Below, piece by piece: positions 9,499 through 16,793 of a DNA stretch of 16,793 nt. The DNA is from Prasinococcaceae sp. CCMP 1430. Lineage: Eukaryota; Plantae; Prasinodermophyta. Positions within the stretch are counted from its first letter, which is position 1, and each line of letters begins with the position of its first letter. The notes under the pieces were generated by a model. The model saw only the letters and a program-made list of their open reading frames with translations. It did no database searches and was not told the origin of the DNA. The stretch spans positions 207,694-224,486 of the forward strand of contig RQSC01000014.1 of assembly GCA_013416795.1 (NCBI GenBank), in the 5' to 3' direction. A program made the translations under genes and the position numbers.

Positions 9499-10815
9499 TT
9501 AGCCAATGACCAGGGTGTTCTCGTCCAGGAAGCTGTACTCGGGAACCTCCAGGTTGTACGGCGCGGGACCCTTGCGGATGCGGCCAGAGCCGTCGTAGTG
9601 ACTCCCGTGGCATGGGCAGAACCAGCCGCCGTAGTCACCCGCGTCTGGCAGCGGCACGCAGCCCAGGTGTGTGCACACGCCCAGCACGACCAGCCACTTT
9701 TCATCACCGCGCACGCGCGACTCGTCCGACTCCGGGTCGCGCAGCTCGCCGAGCTCAACCGCGCGGGCGTCGGCGACTGACTCGGCGGTGCGGTGCCTGA
9801 TGAACACCGGCTTGCCGCGCCACTTGATCGTCACCGTCTGACCCTCGGCAATGTTGTCCAACCCGACCTCCACGTTCGCAAGCGCAAGCACGTCCGCCGA
9901 CGCCGACATCGACATCAGGAACTGCAGAACTGCGAGGCGGATGGACGAAGCGTACACCATGCGCCCAGCGGTGAGCACCATGTACGTGAACGCGCGCTTC
10001 GACTCGTCGCCGGGAATGTTAACGAGGCGCTCGTGGTTGGCGTAGTCATACTCAATCTTGCCGTTCGGGTTGACGATGGCCTCGTTGATCGCGTTCGTCA
10101 TCAGCGCCGGCTGCTCAGGGGCAGTCATTGAGCCGCCAGCCAGCGGCGGGGGTGCGGGCAGCGACTCTGCGGCGAAGCCTGCGCAAGCGCGCAGCGCGTG
10201 TGCGCCCGGTGGGGCAAAGAGCCAGCCAGAGGGGTGCGGCACGTCAGCATCAGCGCATGCAGGAGCACATGGGCTCGAGACGACGGGCATCGCTGCAGAA
10301 GATGGGTTGCCTTCCAGGACCCCGGCGCGCGAATGCCCGGCCCGTCCACCTTCACAACGAACGGCGGGAGGAGGGGGCCGGGCGCATCGCCACAGGGCAA
10401 CACAACGTAACACGGCGCCGCGGCGCGCCGCGCTCGCCGCGTCCGCCCGAGCGCGCCCACCCCAAGCCCAACCCTAAAAGACAGCATGCGCGCGCGCAGG
10501 GCATGAGCGAGGGGTGCGCGGGGAGCGCCAGTGGCGGGCAAGCAGGGGCCTCCCGCGACACGCGAGTCCGCACGGGGCAAGTGCGGAGCACCTTCCACCC
10601 CTCCTCACAGCTGCACCCCAAGAAGCGCCGCTCATGGCCCGTCTCCCCCCCCGCGCAGGGCCACCCAGTCGCGCGCGCGCGCGCGCGCGCGCTCGCGCGC
10701 TCGATATTTTCCCCCCGCGTGCGCTGCGAAGCGCCCACGCACCCCTCGCGCCGTAGGTGCCGGCGGCGCGCGCGGCGGCATGCGCAGCCGCTGCAGTGAG
10801 CGCTGCGCGCAGCAT
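9499..10815 (-). CDS. UQCRFS1: Mitochondrial cytochrome bc1 Rieske iron-sulfur subunit; exons 10815-10743 and 10178-9499, 250 aa
   Basis: CTHLGC and CPCHGS 2Fe-2S boxes, [30 protein letters not shown] helix followed by MSASADVLA. Exon 1 gives a presequence [30 protein letters not shown]. Confidence 0.95.
10179..10742 (-). other. Spliceosomal intron of Rieske gene (564 nt, phase 1)
   Basis: GTGCGT donor at 10742, GCTGAC at 10248-10243, GCGCAG acceptor; yields a typical ARGFA presequence junction. Confidence 0.8.
10670..10692. repeat. (CG)11 alternating tract
   Basis: Perfect CG dinucleotide run within the Rieske intron. Confidence 0.9.
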
Positions 10816-10989
10816 CGTGCGGGCCGGCCGGGGGGGGGGTGCGCGCCGCGCGCGCGCAGTGGCGCGCACAAAAGCTCGCGCAAAATGCAAAGTGACGTGG
10901 GATTTTTTGATTTCCCTTTTTCCTCCTCGACCCAACCGCGCATCTGCATCTGCAGGCGGGGGGTGATGGAAAGACGAAGCAACACTTTC

Positions 10990-11003
10990 AAAAAAAAAAA
11001 AAA
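10990..11003. repeat. Poly(dA:dT)14 tract in the divergent Rieske/syntaxin intergenic region
   Basis: 14 consecutive A; the longest A/T homopolymer in the window. Confidence 0.9.
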
Positions 11004-11530
11004 GCCACGCCGCGGAGGACGTTCGGAAGGAGACGGCCGTTCACGTTCGCCGGGCACCGACTAGCTATTCAGATGAGATCACATCACAGCGCAGGCGCGC
11101 GCGCTCGTCGTTGAAGGGTGTTTCGTCGTAGAGGGTTTACGTCGCTCGTTTGATGACCATTGATGGGGCTGCGGGCGGCGTGTGGGTTTGGGTTGGGTAC
11201 CTCCCGGGGGAGGGCGTGGCGCATGCGTGCCGCTGCCGGGCGCGCGGCGCGCGTGCCACGCCGTGTCACACCGCGCGCGCGGCAGGGGGCGGGCTCGCCG
11301 CGCATTGCTGCGCCTCGCGCCTCGCGCCGCCCCGTCGCGCCGCAGGGCGCGCGGAGCAGGAGGGCGCGGGCTGTTGGGAGGGCCGCGCGGGGGACACGCG
11401 CGGGTAGCGCGCGTACCTGGGAAGGGGTGAGGGAGGGATCGAGAGGGTTCGGGCGGAGCGGTAGGGGGAAGGAGCGCCCGACGGTGGGCGAATCTCGCCG
11501 CGGCGTGCTGGAAAGGCGGGGCGCGCGAGG

Positions 11531-12941
11531 ATGAGCGCGCTCGCGGTGCACCGCGGCGGCGGCCTCGGTGGCGGCGGCGCGGTTGCGCCATGCCGCGACC
11601 GCACGGGCGAGCTCCTCGCCGTCGCGGAGCGCCTGCGCGCCAAGCTTGGCGACGGCGCGGTGGGAGCTGACGCTGCGGCCAAGGAGGCCGCAGAGGCGCG
11701 GAGGCTAGCCAAGCAGCAGCACTCGGAGTTCGCGCAGAAGGCCGCGATCATAGGCAGGAACATCCACGCCACGTCGACGAAGCTCGCCAAGCTCGCCAAG
11801 CGTGCGTGCGCGGGGCGGCGCCCCCTCGGGCTCGGCTGTTTTTGCCTCCGCGGCGCTTCCAGCATGCTCTCTCGGCGTGCGCGGCGCAGCGCGCGTTCGC
11901 CTTGGCCGTCCATGCGCCCTGACGCGTGCGCACGCGCGCGACGCCTCCCCGCCCCGTCCCACCCCACGCGGTGCCGCCATCCCTCGCAGTTGCCAAGCGG
12001 ACGTCCATGTTCGACGACCCCGCCGCTGAGATCCAGGAACTCACAGCCGTCGTGAAGGTGCGTCGATGCCGGCCCGCGTGCGTGGGTGTGCGTGCCCTTG
12101 CCCGACCGCGTGCCACTGCGCTGACAGCCCGCGCCCCTCTGCGAATTGTCGCCCGCGGCGTCCCCAGGCGGACATCACGGCCCTCAACGGCGCGATCGAG
12201 GATCTGCAAGCGTCCCGCTCGGCCTCCGCCGCCAACCGCAACCAAAGCGCGCATGACTCTACAGTCGTTGGCAATCTGAAGACGCGGCTCGCGGGCGCCA
12301 CCAAGGAGTTCAAGGAGGTGCTTACGATGCGCACTGACTCTCTCAAGGTGCATCAGGGCCGTCAGCAGATGTTCAGCAGCGCGAGCCCCCTCAAGCCCAT
12401 GCTGGGCGCGCCGCTTCGCCCACCGCCATCGAGCAACAGCTTCGGTGCGACCAGCGCGACGGCCGGGGGCGTAGGAGGCGGCGTTGGCAATGGCGGCGGC
12501 GCGCTGCCCGGCACATTCGGCGCGCGGTCCGTGGGGGCGCCTGCGGCGGCGCCGACGGCCAGTCAGCTCTTCGGCGCGAGCGACCCGGCCATGCAGGAGG
12601 GTGCGCCACTGCTAGGCGGCGGACAGCAGAGCCAGCAGCTGGTAGGAGCTGACCGCACCTCGCAGTATCTACAGAGCCGGCACGAGGCCGTGCAGCAGGT
12701 CGAGGCGACCATACACGAGCTCGGTGGCATCTTCCAGCAGCTCGCGACGGTCGTCGCCGAGCAGGGCGAGGTGGCCATACGCATCGACGACAACATCAAC
12801 GACACCGTTGCCAACGTGGACAACGCACAGGGACAGCTTCTCAAGTATCTTGACCGCGTGCAGAACAATCGGTGGCTCATACTCAAGATCTTCGGGGTCA
12901 TCATGTTGTTTGCGGCGCTCTTCGTGGTCTTCGTGGCGTGA
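11531..12941 (+). CDS. STX5: Syntaxin-5/Sed5/SYP3 Golgi Qa-SNARE; exons 11531-11801, 11990-12057, 12168-12941, 370 aa
   Basis: N-terminal RDRT motif, SEFAQKA..IG, KLAKLAK/LAKRTSMFDDP, SNARE motif VEATIHELGGIFQQLATVVAEQGEVAIRID, C-terminal TM NRWLILKIFGVIMLFAALFVVFVA. Confidence 0.95.
11802..11989 (+). other. Syntaxin intron 1 (188 nt, phase 1)
   Basis: GTGCGT donor, CCTGAC 11918-11923, TCGCAG acceptor; restores KLAKLAKRTS. Confidence 0.9.
12058..12167 (+). other. Syntaxin intron 2 (110 nt, phase 0)
   Basis: AAG|GTGCGT donor, GCTGAC 12120-12125, CCCCAG acceptor; restores VVK/ADITALN. Confidence 0.9.
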
Positions 12942-13212
12942 GCCGCGCGCTGCGGCCACGGGCGCTAGCTCGTGAGCGACCGAGCGCGGCGCGCGGGTGC
13001 CCGCCGAGGCCCCACACTGTCGTCGAGAAATAATTATTACCTGCCTGCCGAGCGATGCGTGGGCGGCACGCACGGCGACGCGACCTTCGGTGTCACGCGC
13101 CCTGCTTGCCCCCACCTGGCGCGCTCTGCGCCGCTTGTCGTTGCGCGCGCGCGCGCGCTGGACGCCGCCGCCCGCGCGCTGGCCGGGCGTGCCCCTGCAT
13201 CTTGCGCCCCCC

Positions 13213-16098
13213 TCAGTGCCGCCGCTCGCGCTCCTTGTCTCGCTCGCCGATGGCTGCCTGGGAGTAGGGGCTCACGTAGGCCTTCGCCCTCGGCTTGCGC
13301 AGCGCTGAGGTTGAGCCGCCGGCGTTGAGCTGCTGCCCGCGCATGGTTGCCCGCCCGCGCATGACGCTCACCTTCGACTGCGAGTTGCCCGCCTTCTGCT
13401 GCAGCGGGCGCATGCCCATGAGCACCTTGGAGTAGTTGTACGAGTGGCCTGTGCCGCCTACGTGTTTGCGCGCGGCGCCGAAGGTGCCGCCGCCCGGCTT
13501 GCCAGCTCCCAGCGATGAGCCCACGCCGCCCCCCACGCCAATCGGCGGCAGGCCACTGGTGCCCGCGCCGTCGTCTGCGCCCACAGCGAGGAGCGGGAGC
13601 CCCTTGTGAGCGCCACCGTAGGAGTGCCCACCGCCGCCGTGCTTGTGCTTCGAGTGGTAGCCCCCCGCGTAGCTGTGGCCGTACGAGTGTCCCCCCACCT
13701 TGCTGCCGGTGCTTCCGCCCACGCTCAGCCCGCCTATGTCGCTCGCGCCGCCGTGCGAGCCGTGCGTGCCGTGTGACCCCTTGCTGCCATACGCGTGGGC
13801 GTTCTCCTTGTCCTCCGCGCGGTGCTTGCCGCTCCCGCTGCTGATGCCGATCGTCGGGAGCGCGGCGGCACCGATGGCGTTGCCTGCGTTGGACCTGTGC
13901 ACCAGCGAGCGCTCCGCGCGCGGCATGATCGACGCATGCGAGGGCGCCCCGTCCACCGAGCTGCGCGCCATGCGCTTGTCGGCGTCGCGCAGCTCCTTGA
14001 AGTACGGATGGCGGAGCGCCTGCCTCGCGCTCAGCCTGTCGTCGGGGTTGTACGCGAGGAGCTTGGCGATGAGGTCCACGCACTCGGCGCTCACGTGTGG
14101 GATGAGTTTCTCGATGCCGGAGCCCTCCTTGGGCGGGAAGTTGAAGTCCATGTGTGCGCTCTGGCGCTTCATCTTCGACAGCAGCTCCGGCCTGGGCGTG
14201 CCAAGCACGTTGTGTATCTTGTTGATCTGGTCGAGCTCGTTCGTGCCAGGGAAGAGCGGAAACAGGCTCACGATTTCGAAGAACACGCACCCCACCCCCC
14301 ACATGTCCATCTTGTAATTATAGTATCCGTCCGTCAGCAGGCACTCGGGCGCGCGGTACCAGCGCGTCGATATGTACTCCGTGTACGGCTGCTTCGAGTA
14401 GATGCCGCGGCACGAGCCAAAGTCGGCCAGCTTGAGGCACTCGTCCATGATCAGGATGTTCTCAGGCTTGATGTCGCGGTGGAAGATGCCATTGCGATGC
14501 ATGTGATCCATCGACTTCACGAGCTGGTACATGTACGCCTGCACTCTCTCCTCCGACACGTAGTGCCGCCGCCCCCGGATGAGCTCGTAGATGTTCATGT
14601 CCATCAGCTCGAAGACCAGTGCGAGCCGCCCGGTGGGCTGGTCATACAGCACCTCGAGCAGCTTGATGATGTTTGGGTGCGGCGACAGCCGCCGCAACGC
14701 CTGGATCTCTCGAAGATTGTTCACTTGCTGCTCGGGCGCCGCGGCGGCGGCGGCGGTGGCGACGGCGGCGGCGGGCGGGATGCACGGCGGGTTCAAAGGA
14801 GGCGTCAGCACGCCATGCACTGGCACCGCTGCGATGGAGGAAGTGGAGGTGGGGAAAGGGTCGCCGGGCAGGTGGCGCACTGTGCGTCCGAGGTCCCGAC
14901 GGCGGAGGGGGCGCGCGAGCAGGCGGCAGCAGGGAGTACGTCAAGCGCGCCTCTTCTCGTGCGCGTCGCATCGGAGCTCTTCGGGCTGCCCCACACCGCG
15001 CCACGCACCTCGAGGCTGTCGAAGTGGTTCTTCATGCACTTGATGGCAACATACTTGCCGTTCTTGATGCATTGGGCCTTGAGCACCTCACTGAAGGTGC
15101 CCTCGCCCTTCTTGGCGACCAAACGGTACTCTGCGCGCGAGGAATGGATGCGGGCGCACGCACCGCAAGCGCCGGGGGGTGGGTGGGTGGGCAACGCACA
15201 TTGAGGTTGGGTTCGCGACGCGCCCAGTCGGTCAGCGGCAACGCGCGGCGCGGCGGGGTGCAACAAGGCGGGGCGGGGCTGCGAGGGCGTGCGGCGTCCC
15301 GGCGTCACTTTGCGCCCTCCAGCCCAACCCCCCCCCCACCCCCCCCCGGCTCTTGCATCGTGTTGAGGGACGCGGGGAAGGCGTGCTCGGCTCGCTCGGT
15401 GCGCTTGGCGGACGCGCCGTGCTTCCATGCGCTCAGCGCACATTGCCGGCAGAGCCAGCAACGGGCCAAAGGCGCAGGCCGGCAACTCGTGCCTGGAGCG
15501 CCGGCGACCGTCGCGTCCGCGGGAGGAGGCATGCGGGCGCGGGAGCATCGCAAGCAGCGACGCATGCCCATCCCGCCAGGCATTGGCGCTGGATCGCGCG
15601 CGCTCGGCCGCCGCGCTGCGCTGCCATCGGCGCGCCCCCGCGCAGCAGGGCGCCAGCGCCCGCGCGTTTTCGGCGACGCCGGAGGCGTGCGAGGGCGCGG
15701 GAGCGCGCGCCGAGGCCTGCCCGGCATCCACCCCACTACCTCCGCCATCTTCCCCTGAGCTCGAAGCCGCGGGATGGATGCGGATGGCTCGAGCTGAGGC
15801 ACCAAGCGTGACGGCGCGTCGCCTCATGCCGCGCGCGTCGCGCTCGTGCGCTCGCGCGCCACCGCGGCGGCGCGCGGAGCGGCGGAGCGGCCAACCGAGG
15901 CGCCGAGACGGTTCGCCCGCGGCGCGAAAGAGCGCGTGCGGGGCACGCGCCGGGCGCCGGCCCGCGCGGCGCCTCTCTCCCCCCCTCGCCGCGGATTGCG
16001 AGCGGGCCGGGGCGTGCCCACGCATTCTAACCCATCCCTCCCCTCATCGCGTCCCTCGGCCGCGCGCGCGCGCGGGCGAGCGCGCACGCACTGTGCAT
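13213..16098 (-). CDS. MOK: MOK/RAGE (LF4-like) CMGC kinase regulating flagellar length; coding exons 16098-16092, 15130-15009, 14727-13213, 547 aa
   Basis: MH/K-YRLVAKKGEGTFSEVLKAQ, VAIKCMKNHFDSLE/QVNNLREIQALRRL, HRDIKPEN, LADFGSCRG, TEY activation loop (PYTEYISTRWYRAPECLLTDGYY), followed by a Gly/His-rich tail. Confidence 0.93.
14728..15008 (-). other. MOK intron 2 (281 nt, phase 0)
   Basis: GAG|GTGCGT donor, GCTGAC 14809-14804, GAGCAG tandem acceptor; restores DSLE/QVNNL. Confidence 0.9.
15131..16091 (-). other. MOK intron 1 (961 nt, phase 1)
   Basis: ATGCACA|GTGCGT donor, GCTGAC 15236-15231, GCGCAG|AG acceptor; gives MHKYRL. Confidence 0.8.
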
Positions 16099-16793
16099 GT
16101 CGACCCCCTCTGTGGCGCCGCGCGGCTGCGCCCGCCGCCGCCGTCTCGCGCGCGCGCGCGCGTGCTCTGGCGGCGAGCGTCCCCGTTTCGGTTCCCCGTT
16201 TCGGTTCCCCGACCGGCGAATGGGAGCGCGCGCGCGCGCCGCCCCGCGCGCACGTCCCCTCGCGACGCGTGGGGCAGCCCCAAAGGAATACCAGCCGGCT
16301 CGGCAGTCGGCCGGCCGGTGGCACCTGCTGGCTGGCTGGCTGGCTGTGGGTGGTATGGACCTGCACCGTCCGTACCACGTATGTCCGTACGACGTGCGCG
16401 GCCGCGCGGGGCGCGCGCGCGCCCGATGCGGCGCGGGACCCTTCACACGGGCCGGGGGGAGCGCGGGCGGCACGCGCGCGCCCCCGCTGTGCACGCACGT
16501 GCTTGCGTGCACAGCGCGCACGACGATGGCGATGGTACCACGGCGGTACAGTTGTACACTGCACACACTGAGTGCGTGTGTAGAGGTTCGGGGTATCGGG
16601 CGACGTGGACCCGTGTGTTGCTAGGCTGTGCGCCGTATTTAGGGATACGATGGGCATAGTAGGGTTCACGCACGAGCATTGGTACAATTGGTTGGCACCT
16701 CGGCACCTCGCTTGGCACCGCGCGAGACATGGCCCGCGGCGCCCCCGCCCCGCCCTGCCCACCCGCCCGGCCCGGCCCCGCCAGCGGCCTCGC

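Noticed and set aside
3-10815. Mitochondrial functional cluster (ABC1 kinase, uL24m, Rieske)
   Set aside because: Mitochondrial genes are numerous, these are not adjacent, and the kinase's targeting cannot be seen; compatible with chance.
11057-11067. tRNA A-box-like TAGCTAGTCGG (minus); intact or permuted tRNA
   Set aside because: No B-box (GTTCRA) or cloverleaf on either side.
15740-15754. Possible frame-preserving 15-nt cassette exon (CAG|GGGAAGATGGCGGAG|GTAGTG) in MOK intron 1
   Set aside because: Donor does not match the local consensus and there is no upstream CTGAC; likely chance.
3993-16091. Introner elements or other transposons in introns
   Set aside because: The introns share no extended similarity, terminal inverted repeats or target-site duplications within the window.
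16617-16626. GTTGCTAGGC, an RFX X-box-like site upstream of a ciliary kinase
   Set aside because: Incomplete palindrome, and RFX factors are not known from green algae.
16729-16793. ATG-initiated frame running off the window end
   Set aside because: Too short and low-complexity to call as a gene.
1-16793. Many long Arg/Ala/Pro-rich overlapping and antisense ORFs in the track
   Set aside because: Expected by-products of high GC and codon bias; no recognisable domains and explained by the nine genes.

Overview
Very GC-rich, gene-dense eukaryotic nuclear DNA with spliceosomal GT-AG introns (donor mostly GTGCGT, branch motif SCTGAC). The splice signals and the plant/algal-type proteins point to a prasinophyte-grade green alga (inference). 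Nine protein-coding genes in near-alternating orientation: 5'-truncated ABC1/UbiB (ADCK-like) kinase (+), S4-RluA pseudouridine synthase (-), delta-tubulin (+, 2 exons), WDR54-like WD40 protein (+, 2 exons), mitochondrial uL24 (-), AMMECR1-family protein (+), mitochondrial Rieske Fe-S protein (-, 2 exons), syntaxin-5/SYP3 (+, 3 exons) and MOK/LF4 kinase (-, 3 coding exons, the first only 7 nt). No mobile element, CRISPR array, tRNA or rRNA is supportable, and I cannot demonstrate a wholly new system. The best leads are non-coding: a T14-terminated segment with complementary ends and a telomere-repeat-like 8-mer between Rieske and syntaxin, distant branch points with AG-free zones in all 7 introns, intron lengths near multiples of ~190 nt, an exactly duplicated CAG/CTG tract in a 3' UTR, a GTAC cluster, and three cilium/basal-body genes close together. 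All protein identifications are from recalled family motifs, not database searches.
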